A stretch of DNA of 64,000 bases from Deltaproteobacteria bacterium (GTDB taxonomy: Bacteria > Myxococcota_A > UBA9042): positions 71,557-135,556 of the forward strand of contig JACKFC010000008.1 of the NCBI GenBank assembly GCA_020632665.1. The letters run 5' to 3'. How positions within the stretch are numbered: position 1 is the first letter of the stretch; each line of letters begins with the position of its first letter. The translations under genes and the position numbers were made by a program. The notes under the pieces were generated by a model. The model saw nothing but the letters and a program-made list of their open reading frames with translations. It was not told the origin of the DNA and searched no databases. Shown piece by piece: positions 1-9,834 of the stretch.

Positions 1-1
1 G

Positions 2-412
2 GTCGGCACGGGCTGCGGCCTGCACTTGGTCGGCAAGCTGGGCTTCGACATCTCGGCCGCTGCGGTGCGCCGCGCCGGGCTGGACTATTGGCAAGACGTC
101 GCGCTGCACGTCCACCCGACCGTCGAGGGCTTCCTCGCGGCGATGGCGGAGCGCCGGCTGTGGGCGTTCTCCAGCCACGGTACCCAGCGTTACGATCAGG
201 TCGGCTACGCCTCGGACGACGTCCTGGTCTTCGGCAGCGAGTCGCGGGGCCTCGCCCCGGAGCTGCGCGAGCGCTTCGCCAAGCGGCTGTGCTATTTGCC
301 GATCTCCCCGCAGATCCGCAGCCTGAACCTGGCCAATTGCGTCACCGCGGTGGTCTACGAAGCGCTGCGACAACAAGACTTCGCCGGCGTCGACCAGCGT
401 CCGGCGCTCTGA
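2..412 (+). CDS. trmL: tRNA (cytidine/uridine-34 2'-O)-methyltransferase TrmL, 5'-truncated by window edge
   Basis: SPOUT/TrmL motifs LHLVGKLGF, AGLDYW, LVFGSESRGL, IRSLNLAN; frame is open to the window start. Confidence 0.9.
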   Translation, partial: VGTGCGLHLVGKLGFDISAAAVRRAGLDYWQDVALHVHPTVEGFLAAMAERRLWAFSSHGTQRYDQVGYASDDVLVFGSESRGLAPELRERFAKRLCYLPISPQIRSLNLANCVTAVVYEALRQQDFAGVDQRPAL

Positions 413-415
413 GCC

Positions 416-1738
416 TCAGAAGGGCCCGCGACCGCTGACGAGCACCTCGTCCGGATCCCAGACCCGCGAGAGCGCGTTCAACAAGACCTTCGCCCCGGAC
501 GGCATGCGATCGCGCAGCAGCTCGCGCACCGCCCCGGTCGCGCCGACCGGCACCGCGCCGGCGTCGAGCAGGTGCTCCACGCCCTCGAGCAGCGGATGCC
601 GCCCTGCCACCGCAATCGGCTGCAGGCGGAGCCGGACCCCGTCCTGCCCCAGCGCCCAACGTCGCCGCGTCGGCGCGCCAGCAGAGAGGGCGTCGACCAC
701 GTCCTGCACCTTCGGCGCGTCCGGCCACGCCACCCGCACGTCGAGCACGCCGTCGCCGCCGGGCGCCCAGCGCGGCGGCGCCACCTCCTGACCCAAACGA
801 ACCCGCGAGGGCTCGGCGTGCAGCGCTCCGAGCGTGCAGCCCTGACGGGCGAATCGCTCGCGAACCAAACCGGCGACGGTCTGCAGATCGTCGACGTCGC
901 GCAGGCTGCACAGCCGCGCCTCGGCCCGCGGTGCCGAGCCATCACCGGCATCGTCGAGCAGCAGGCTGTCGCACAGCCCGGCGGCGAAGGCGCGGCGCCC
1001 CACCGAGAGCGCAGCGAAGACGCCGTCACGGCCGGCCGGAAGCGTGACGTCGGCCCAACCGGCGAAGGGCGCTGGGTGCAGCCGCAGCGAGACCTCGATC
1101 AAGACCCCGAGCCGACCGTCGGCGCCGACCATCAGGGCGGCCGGATTGGGCAGGCCCGGCATCGCCCAGGGCGGATGGCCGAGCAGCTCCGCGGCGCTCA
1201 TCGTCAGGACGCGGCCGCTGCCGGCCACGATCACGGCCGAGACCAGATCGACCGCCAGCTCGCCCGCACCGATGCCGAGCTCGCCGCCCTCGCCACCCGC
1301 GATCAGGGCCCCGATCGGCTGGTCGGCGTCGAGGACCGAGGTGGCCCGCAGCGCCAAGCGGGCGCGCCGGGCAGCACGGTCGATCACGTCCTGCGCCACG
1401 GCGACGCCAACGGTGACGACGCGTCGGCTGATGTCGATCGCCGGCGGGCGGTCGAGGCCGCCACAATCGAGCACGACGGTGCCACGTAGGGCTGCAGGCC
1501 GATTCGCCGGGAGGCGGGAGCGGGGCACCACGCCGAGGTGGCGGGCGCGGGCGACGCGCAGCACGGCGGAGACGTCTTGCGCATCGGCGGGGCGGACCAC
1601 CGCGATGGGTTCGTCGGCCTCGCCACCGCCGATGGCGTCGCGAGCTGCGGCGCCGACCAGGACGCGGTCGGCACCGACCCGGTCGAGCAGGTCTGCGCGA
1701 GCAGCTTGGGTGACGGCTCCGGACCGGCGGTCCAACAT
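416..1738 (-). CDS. FAD-binding oxidoreductase-like protein (GlcD/FAD-linked oxidase fold, diverged)
   Basis: N-terminal AVVRPADAQDVSAVLR and vanillyl-alcohol-oxidase-type layout; C-terminal WDPDEVL resembles the DPxxxLNPG end motif. Confidence 0.6.
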   Translation of the reverse strand: MLDRRSGAVTQAARADLLDRVGADRVLVGAAARDAIGGGEADEPIAVVRPADAQDVSAVLRVARARHLGVVPRSRLPANRPAALRGTVVLDCGGLDRPPAIDISRRVVTVGVAVAQDVIDRAARRARLALRATSVLDADQPIGALIAGGEGGELGIGAGELAVDLVSAVIVAGSGRVLTMSAAELLGHPPWAMPGLPNPAALMVGADGRLGVLIEVSLRLHPAPFAGWADVTLPAGRDGVFAALSVGRRAFAAGLCDSLLLDDAGDGSAPRAEARLCSLRDVDDLQTVAGLVRERFARQGCTLGALHAEPSRVRLGQEVAPPRWAPGGDGVLDVRVAWPDAPKVQDVVDALSAGAPTRRRWALGQDGVRLRLQPIAVAGRHPLLEGVEHLLDAGAVPVGATGAVRELLRDRMPSGAKVLLNALSRVWDPDEVLVSGRGPF

Positions 1739-1829
1739 GCCGCGAGCCTACGCCAAGCGATGGGGGTGGACAAGCCGCGGTGCCGGCCCCGCACGACAAG
1801 CTCGGAGGGCCGGCACCGACATCGGCTCG

Positions 1830-4800
1830 CTACTTCTGGCCGTAGATGACCAAGTCGTCGACGAACCAGCCCTTGCCGTTGTTGTCCTGCTGGTCGATCG
1901 AGCTGAAGCGGTAGCGCAAGTTGAACTTCTTGCCCGCGAACTTGCTCAAATCGGCGGTGACCTTGACCCACTTGCCGGCGTCGGCGCTGGTCCGCGGCGC
2001 GAGGTAGGTCGCGGTGCCGTTGGTATTGCAGATGCTCGGGTAGGTGTTGTTCGGCCCGGGCGGGTTGGGGCAGCTCGTGGTACCGGCGCAGCAGAGCGCG
2101 TAGTTGTCGGTCGTGGCCTGCAGCGAGCCCTGGTCGTAGTTCGACGAGGCGTTGTTGCTGGTCTCGTAGCCGACCCACGAGTAGTAGACCGCGGTGACCT
2201 TGCTGAAGCCGGTGGCATCGATCTGCTGGCCCCAGGCGGCTGCTCCGGCGTTGCTGTTGCCGCTCGTCCAGTTGGAGCAGTTGCCGGTGCCACAGAAGTT
2301 GGTGCCGTTGTTGAAGTTCATCGTGCATTTGCCGGAGTACGGCGCGGGCTCGACCGGCGTCGCGTCGATGGCCCACTTCACGTTGTTGCGGTTCATGTCG
2401 GTGAAGGTCCAGCCCGTGTCGCCGCAGTCGAAATTCCACTTGGCGATCTCGACCGCGCTGCAGGAGAGGAAGCTCTTGCAGTCGGGGTCGGCGCAGTCGA
2501 CCGCGTCGTCGAAGTCGTTGTCCTTGCCGTCGTCGCAGACCTCGACGCAGGCGCCCTTGCCCTTGCAGGCGACGTCGGCGCAGTCGACCTGGCCGTTGCC
2601 GTCATTGTCGACGCCGTCGTCGCAGACCTCGGCGGTGATCTGGTCGTCGACGATGAGGTTGTCGACGAAGTAGCCCTTGCCCTGGTTGCCGCACTGGCCA
2701 CTCGCGCTGGCGAGGTTGAAGCGGATGCGGAACTTCTGGCCCTTGAGCTGCGAGAAGCTGCGGGTCTCCAGGCGCCACTGCTGGCTCTGGTTGGTCTTCT
2801 GCATGATGAAGCTGGTGATCACGGTGTTGCCGGTCTCGGCCAAGATCTGCACCTGCGGCCGGTCGGTGAAGCCGTTGCTGCACATATCGAGGTCGTAGTA
2901 GACGTTGAAGCGAATCCGCGCCGCGCTCTTGAGCTGGGTGCCGTCGATCACCGGCGAGGTCGCGTTGCCGCTCGGCGTCTGGCAACCGCCGCCCTGACTG
3001 TCGCAGTAGTCGGTGCCGTCGTTGAAGTTCAGGTTGCAGCCGAACTGCGAGTTGGTGCTCGGCGAGTTGTCGACCTTCCACAGCACGTTCTTGCCCTGCG
3101 GGGTGTCGAGGCTCCAGCCCTTGCCGGCGTCGGCGCACTCGAAGGTATCCGAGAAGAGCGCGCACTTGCTGGTGTCGCCGGCGGTGCACTTGCCGGCCTT
3201 GCAGGTCTCCTTGGTGGAGCACTCGAAGGCGTCTTGACAGGGCGTATCGTCGGCGACCGGGGTGAACTTGCAGGCGCCCGTCTTCGGGTCGCAGCTGTCG
3301 GTGGTGCAGGTGGTGCCGTCGTCGCAGGACTTGGTCGTGCTGGTGACGCACTTGCCGTTCTTGCAGGTATCGCCATAGGTGCAGAGGTCGCCGCTGTCGC
3401 ACGGCCCGGTATTGGGCAGGAAGCTGCAGCCGCCAGTGTCCTTGTCGCAGCTATCGTCGGTGCAGGCGTTGCCGTCATCGCAGGCCGGCGCGCCGCCGCC
3501 CTTGCACTGACCGCCGACGCAGACGTCGTCCTTGGTGCACTTGCTGCCGTCGTCGCAGGCCTGCTTGGCGCTGTCGGCGACGTTGACGTGCTTGCAGCCG
3601 GCGGCCTTGTCGCAGCTGTCGGTGGAGCAAGCGTTGCCGTCGTCGCAGTTCAGCGCGGTACCGGCGCACTTGCCGGCGGCGCAGGCGTCCTTCTCGGTGC
3701 AGGCGTCGCCGTCGTCGCAGGCGCCGGTGTTCGCGGTCCAGGAGCAGCCGCCCGACTTCGGATCGCAGATGTCGTTGGTGCAGGCCTTGCCGTCGTCGCA
3801 GGCCTTGGTCGCCCCACCGATGCACTTGCTGTCCTTGCAGGCGTCGTTCTCGGTGCAGACGTTGCTGTCGTCGCAGGCCTTGTCGTTCGCCGCGTTGGTG
3901 CAGCCCGTCTTCGGATCGCAGGCGTCGTCGGTGCAGGGGTTGTTGTCGTTGCAGATCTTGGCCACGTCGATCGGCGCGCCGGCGCCACAGCTGCCGTTCT
4001 TGCAGGCGCTGCCGCTCGTGCACTTGTTGCCGTCGTCGCAGGGCGCGGTGTTGCCGCCCCATTTGCAGCCGATCGCGAGGTCGCAGGCGTCGTCCGTGCA
4101 GGGGTTGCCGTCGTCGCAGTCGACCTTGACCCCGGCCTCGCAGGTGCCCTTCTGGCAGGTCGACTTGCCGGTGCACTTGTCGCCGTCGCCGCAGACCGTG
4201 CTGTCGGCCACCGGCGTGAAGACGCACTTGCCGGCCTTGTCGTCGCAGGTATCGGTGGTGCAGGGGTTGCCGTCGTCGCAGCCGGTCTTGTCGCTCAGCT
4301 TGCAAGAACCGGCGTCACAGGTGCCGAGCTTGCAGGCCTCGCCGGAGCAGCTGGCCGTGTTCGGGGTGAAGGTGCAGCCCGTCTTCGGGTCGCAGGCGTC
4401 GTCGGTGCAGGCATTGTCGTCGCCGCAGGTCTTGCTGCCGCCCGCCTTGCAGGTGCCGTCCTTGCCGCAAACGTCGCCCTCGGTGCAGGCGTCGCCGTCG
4501 TCACAGGCCACGCCCTCGACCTTCGGCTTGGACTCGCACAGGCCCGTGGTCTTGACGCAGGCGTCGTCGGTGCAGGGGTTGCCGTCGTCGCAGGTCACGT
4601 TCTTCGCCGGCTTGCAGGCGCCGCCGGTGCATTTGTCGCCGGTCGTGCACTTGTCGCCATCATCGCAGTCGAGCGTATTCGGCGCGAAGATGCACTTGCC
4701 GGTGTTGCTGTCGCAGCTGTCGTCGGTGCAGGGGTTGCCGTCGTCGCAGCCGACCTTGGTGCCGGTCTCACAGCTACCGTCCTTGCACTGGCCCGCGCCG

Positions 4801-5777
4801 ACGCATTTGTCGGTGTCGCCGCAGGGCGCCTCGTTGGCCTTCACCACGCAGCCCTTGTCGGAGGCGCAGCTATCGTCGGTGCAGGGGTTGTTGTCGTCAC
4901 AGACCTTGGCCGCGCCGACGCACTTGCCTTCCTTGCAGGCGTCGTTGTCGGTGCAGAGGTCACCGTCGTCGCAGCCGTCGCCATCGGTGCCCGGGGCGAC
5001 GGTGCACTTGCCGCTGGCGTCGTCGCAGCCGTCGAGGGTGCAGGGGTTGCCGTCGTCGCAGGCGATCGCCTCACCGCCGCAGGAGCCGCCGAGGCAGGCG
5101 TCTTTGTCGGTGCAGGAGCTGCCGTCGTCGCAGGCCGTGCCGTCCGCGTCGTCGACGACCTTGCAGGTTCCGGCGTCGCAGATCGCGATCTTGCATGCCG
5201 TCAGCTTGACCACCGCGGCGCACTCGGTGTCGCTCTGGCAGCCGGTGCTGGTGTCCTCGGTGCTGGTATCCGCGGCCGCGTCGTCCGGCTGCACGGTGTC
5301 CTGACCCGCGGTGTCCTCGGTGCTGGTATCCGCCGCGGTATCCTCGGGCTGCACGGTGTCCTCGCCCGCGGTATCCTCGGGCTGCACGGTGTCCTCGCCC
5401 GCGGTATCCTCGGGCTGCACGGTGTCCTCGCCAGCCGTATCGGTCGGGCCACCCGTGTCGGTCGGGCCACCCGTGTCGGTCGGGCCACCCGTGTCGGTCG
5501 GGCTACCCGTGTCGGTCGTGCCAGCCGTGTCGGTCGTGCCGCCCGTGTCGGTCGGGCCGCCCGTGTCGGTCGTGCCGCCGGTATCGGTGCCGGCGCCGGT
5601 TCCATCGGTGCCGACCGCGCCGTCGCTCGCGTCGAGCCCGCCGAGGCTGCCGTCGTCTTGGCTGCCGGTGTCCGAGGTCAGGCTCGGCCCTCCCACCGAT
5701 TCATCAGAGCCGCAGGCGCCGAGCGCCACGCTGATGACCGACAGACAGATCGCGAATCGCAGGTTCCAGGTACGCAT
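1830..5777 (-). CDS. Large Cys-rich repeat lipoprotein (about 1315 aa) with two C-terminal beta-sandwich-like domains
   Basis: ATG at 5777 after GGAAGGAG; lipobox-like ALGAC; many CDDGNPCTxDxC repeats; two EVCDDGxDND motifs; domains ending GYFVDNLIV and GWFVDDLVI. Confidence 0.85.
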   Translation of the reverse strand: MRTWNLRFAICLSVISVALGACGSDESVGGPSLTSDTGSQDDGSLGGLDASDGAVGTDGTGAGTDTGGTTDTGGPTDTGGTTDTAGTTDTGSPTDTGGPTDTGGPTDTGGPTDTAGEDTVQPEDTAGEDTVQPEDTAGEDTVQPEDTAADTSTEDTAGQDTVQPDDAAADTSTEDTSTGCQSDTECAAVVKLTACKIAICDAGTCKVVDDADGTACDDGSSCTDKDACLGGSCGGEAIACDDGNPCTLDGCDDASGKCTVAPGTDGDGCDDGDLCTDNDACKEGKCVGAAKVCDDNNPCTDDSCASDKGCVVKANEAPCGDTDKCVGAGQCKDGSCETGTKVGCDDGNPCTDDSCDSNTGKCIFAPNTLDCDDGDKCTTGDKCTGGACKPAKNVTCDDGNPCTDDACVKTTGLCESKPKVEGVACDDGDACTEGDVCGKDGTCKAGGSKTCGDDNACTDDACDPKTGCTFTPNTASCSGEACKLGTCDAGSCKLSDKTGCDDGNPCTTDTCDDKAGKCVFTPVADSTVCGDGDKCTGKSTCQKGTCEAGVKVDCDDGNPCTDDACDLAIGCKWGGNTAPCDDGNKCTSGSACKNGSCGAGAPIDVAKICNDNNPCTDDACDPKTGCTNAANDKACDDSNVCTENDACKDSKCIGGATKACDDGKACTNDICDPKSGGCSWTANTGACDDGDACTEKDACAAGKCAGTALNCDDGNACSTDSCDKAAGCKHVNVADSAKQACDDGSKCTKDDVCVGGQCKGGGAPACDDGNACTDDSCDKDTGGCSFLPNTGPCDSGDLCTYGDTCKNGKCVTSTTKSCDDGTTCTTDSCDPKTGACKFTPVADDTPCQDAFECSTKETCKAGKCTAGDTSKCALFSDTFECADAGKGWSLDTPQGKNVLWKVDNSPSTNSQFGCNLNFNDGTDYCDSQGGGCQTPSGNATSPVIDGTQLKSAARIRFNVYYDLDMCSNGFTDRPQVQILAETGNTVITSFIMQKTNQSQQWRLETRSFSQLKGQKFRIRFNLASASGQCGNQGKGYFVDNLIVDDQITAEVCDDGVDNDGNGQVDCADVACKGKGACVEVCDDGKDNDFDDAVDCADPDCKSFLSCSAVEIAKWNFDCGDTGWTFTDMNRNNVKWAIDATPVEPAPYSGKCTMNFNNGTNFCGTGNCSNWTSGNSNAGAAAWGQQIDATGFSKVTAVYYSWVGYETSNNASSNYDQGSLQATTDNYALCCAGTTSCPNPPGPNNTYPSICNTNGTATYLAPRTSADAGKWVKVTADLSKFAGKKFNLRYRFSSIDQQDNNGKGWFVDDLVIYGQK
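5230..5590 (-). repeat. Intragenic tandem repeats: 33-bp units (TAGEDTVQPED) and 18-bp units (TDTGGP)
   Basis: 33-bp unit GCGGTATCCTCGGGCTGCACGGTGTCCTCGCCC starts at 5335, 5368 and 5401; 18-bp GTGTCGGTCGGGCCACCC-type units follow to about 5585. Confidence 0.9.
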
Positions 5778-5956
5778 GGTCACTCCTTCCACCGTGACAA
5801 GTGCCGACACTGCCGGACGCGGATGGGGGGACGCGCCTTGCCTGCTACTACGATGCACCTGCCTGGACGGCTCCGCCAGATCTCGACGGTTCAGAATTGT
5901 TTGGAATCCAGTCGAAATGTCCCATGGGACGCGGTCCTCTCCGACGACGAGGCGAC

Positions 5957-6949
5957 TCAGCCGTAGAGCCGCCCAAGACCTTGCAGTGTCACGTTCGAGA
6001 GGGCGTGGTGGAGGACGGGCGCGGCGAAGTGGCGGCTGCGTTCGGCCAGCCAGGCGAAGAGCAGCCCAGGAAAAAAGACCAAGAGGCGATGCGGCGCGGG
6101 TGTGGCGGCCAAGTGTACCAGGGCGAAGAGCGCGGCGGAGAGCACGTGGGCGGCGCCGAACGGGACGCCGAAGAGCTGCCGCGACGGGGGCATCGCGGCG
6201 CGGAGTCGGCCCAGCATCCAGCCGCGGAACAGGGCCTCTTCCGGCAGAGCGACGACGATCAGCTGATCCAAGAGCAGCAGCAGCAGCCAACCGAGGCTGG
6301 CCGGGGCCTGCACCGGATTGGCATCGGCGGCGACGCGGTAGCGTCCGCGGCGGATCTGCTCGGGCGCGACGGCACCCTCGGGTCCGCGCACCGCGAAGGA
6401 GGCTGCGGCGGGACCGAGGAGTTGGTCGGAGCCACCGGGGAGCAGCCGCCGCACCGGACATGCGGCGCAATCGGGCCGCAGCTCCAGCGCCACGCTGCCC
6501 TCGTTGCGCACGATCAGGCCACCGCGACGCTCCCAGACCGTCAGCAACGCCCCCTGCGCCGGCGGCTCGGCGGGCGCTGGCGTGCCTTGGTACTCGAGCC
6601 CCGGCGAGGGGAGGCCGACGCCGGCGAAGCGGCGCTGTCCCCAGATTTCGCGGGCGACGACGTCGTAGCCCAGCGCGAAGGGGAGCAGGACGACGACGCT
6701 GACGACCAAACCCAAGCCCAGCGAGCCGATCGCCTGGCCGGGGGTCGCGCCGTAGGGGTCACCGTCGGCGCGGCCGAGGCGGGCCATCAGCAGCGGCGCG
6801 GCGAGGAAGCCCAGGGCGACCAAGGCGCCGGCGAGGCTCGCGACCGCAGGCAGCACCGAGCCTGCCCATTCGACCACGACGATCCAGACCGCCAACGTGA
6901 CGGTGACGACGACGGATTCGAGCAGCGCACGGCGCGCCGCGGGGCTCAA
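5957..6949 (-). CDS. CPBP-family intramembrane glutamic endopeptidase, myxosortase-like
   Basis: Motifs VALPEEALFRG, LFALVH, RLLVFFPGLLFAWL, HHALSN; multiple TM segments; TTGA overlap with upstream stop. Confidence 0.8.
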   Translation of the reverse strand: MSPAARRALLESVVVTVTLAVWIVVVEWAGSVLPAVASLAGALVALGFLAAPLLMARLGRADGDPYGATPGQAIGSLGLGLVVSVVVLLPFALGYDVVAREIWGQRRFAGVGLPSPGLEYQGTPAPAEPPAQGALLTVWERRGGLIVRNEGSVALELRPDCAACPVRRLLPGGSDQLLGPAAASFAVRGPEGAVAPEQIRRGRYRVAADANPVQAPASLGWLLLLLLDQLIVVALPEEALFRGWMLGRLRAAMPPSRQLFGVPFGAAHVLSAALFALVHLAATPAPHRLLVFFPGLLFAWLAERSRHFAAPVLHHALSNVTLQGLGRLYG

Positions 6950-8571
6950 GGCTCGGCCTGCGACGCCTGGAGGAAGCGGGTGTAGGCGCCGGCGTGCTCG
7001 CCTTCCTGCACCCGCTCGATGGCCATCACGAAGGCGACGCCGGAATCACGGGGTTCCGGCGTGCGGAGCAGCTTGCCGTGCAGGTAGACGGTACGCCAAA
7101 CGCCCTCGACCTCGATCGGCACGTTGAGCGTGAAGCGGGTCTCCATCGGTGGCGCGACGCGCGCCTCGACCTCCACGGCCAGGGTCGCTGCGCTGCGCAG
7201 CTTGGCCGGGACGAAGCGGCTATCGTGCTCGAAGGTGACGGGGATATCGACTTCGGCCGGCGTGTGGACACCGCTGTGGACGCCAGACACGTCGACGCCG
7301 ATGCCGGTGTCGAGTCGACCGCCGCGGCCGAAGATCTGCGAGCGCTCGAGGAAGGGCGAATCGTGCAGGCCGGAGGACGGCCGCGCCGGAGCTGCCTGCA
7401 GCTTGCCGCTCGGCATGCGGCGGACGTCCTGGCCCTCCGACGGCATCCGACGGATATCGGAGATCGGCCGCAGATCGTCGGTTGCGTAGGCGGAAGAGTT
7501 CGCCCGCGTGCGAGCGCCGCCCACCTCGGCGTCGAAGATCCCCGATCCGCTGCGGGCAGTCGATGAGCGCGGACGGCTCGGCGGCGCCGTCGGCTCGGCA
7601 TCGAAGACGCCCGAGACCTGCGCCGGATGGTCCGGATCGAAATGCCCCGAACCCGTCTGCCGCCGCGCTGCGCGCTCGGTCAAGATGTCCGAGGTCCGGC
7701 GCCCGACCACCCGGAGATCGTCGGACATGACGACGTCGCTGGTGCGACGGCGAGGCGGCGCTGTGCCGCTGCTGCGACTGTAGGTCGACCACTCGCCCGA
7801 GCGATCGCGCTCACCGCGTGGGGCGAATTCCGGGACGGCAACCGCTTCCGGCGGCGCGACCGAGACGTGGGTCATCTCCGGCGCCGGCGCGACCCGCGTC
7901 CCATCGGGCAACATCGCGTCGAAGGTCGGCGGCGTCGTCTCTGCGAACGCGTCGATCGCGTCCCCGTCGCCGACGATGACGGCGCCCGAGCTGCTCCCAG
8001 TCGGCGTCGTCGTCACCACCGAGGCCGCGCTCCGCCGTGGCAGTCCGGCGACCCGACTCGACGAGCTCCGTGAGCGCGGGCCGACGACCTCCTCACGGAT
8101 CATCCCCTCGCGCGGCAGCCCCGACGCGTTGCTGCGCTCGACCGCGCTGGCAGTAAAATCGAAGGCTCCGCCGACCGCCGGGAAGTCGAAGCGGACGCGG
8201 CGTCCGGTGCCGAGGCGCTCGGGCGTGATCCCGACGATGTGCAGCACCTTGCGCAGGACGTGGAAGATCGGCTCGCTGCCGGCCTCGGAATAGGCCCACA
8301 GCCAACGCACCGCGAATCCAGGTGGGTACGGGCCGCCGGGCGAGACGACCCGAACGACCTCGGCCCGCAGCTTCACCGGCGCGATCTTCGAGCCGATCGG
8401 GCGGACCAAGACGTCGACCTCGCGGCCCTCCGGCGCGTGGCGGAGCCCGGCGAAGAAGGCGCCGGTCGGGCCGATATCCGTGGTCACGGCGTTGATCTCA
8501 CCGTCAGGCAAGACCACACGGAGCGTCACGGTCTCCTTGCGGCGCGGATAGCTACGTCGGTCCTCGAACAT
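6946..8571 (-). CDS. PilZ-domain protein with long disordered linker and a second C-terminal PilZ-like domain
   Basis: N-terminal RSYPR (RxxxR) and DIGPTG motifs; C-terminal beta-rich segment VYLHGKLLR...FVMAI. Confidence 0.7.
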   Translation of the reverse strand: MFEDRRSYPRRKETVTLRVVLPDGEINAVTTDIGPTGAFFAGLRHAPEGREVDVLVRPIGSKIAPVKLRAEVVRVVSPGGPYPPGFAVRWLWAYSEAGSEPIFHVLRKVLHIVGITPERLGTGRRVRFDFPAVGGAFDFTASAVERSNASGLPREGMIREEVVGPRSRSSSSRVAGLPRRSAASVVTTTPTGSSSGAVIVGDGDAIDAFAETTPPTFDAMLPDGTRVAPAPEMTHVSVAPPEAVAVPEFAPRGERDRSGEWSTYSRSSGTAPPRRRTSDVVMSDDLRVVGRRTSDILTERAARRQTGSGHFDPDHPAQVSGVFDAEPTAPPSRPRSSTARSGSGIFDAEVGGARTRANSSAYATDDLRPISDIRRMPSEGQDVRRMPSGKLQAAPARPSSGLHDSPFLERSQIFGRGGRLDTGIGVDVSGVHSGVHTPAEVDIPVTFEHDSRFVPAKLRSAATLAVEVEARVAPPMETRFTLNVPIEVEGVWRTVYLHGKLLRTPEPRDSGVAFVMAIERVQEGEHAGAYTRFLQASQAEP

Positions 8572-8652
8572 CGGCGCTCCGCCACGGCGTGACCGACGCC
8601 GCGGCTCCTACACAAATCCTCACGGCCAGCATAACCCCGGCCGCGGCCGATG

Positions 8653-9804
<1,152 letters not shown>

Positions 9805-9834
9805 GGTCTCTCTCCTCTCGTTGGTGGGTGTGGT

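Noticed and set aside
1044-5966. 1640-aa plus-strand ORF
   Set aside because: Antisense shadow of the Cys-rich lipoprotein gene; Val/Ala/Gly/Arg-rich nonsense typical of high-GC codon bias, with no motifs
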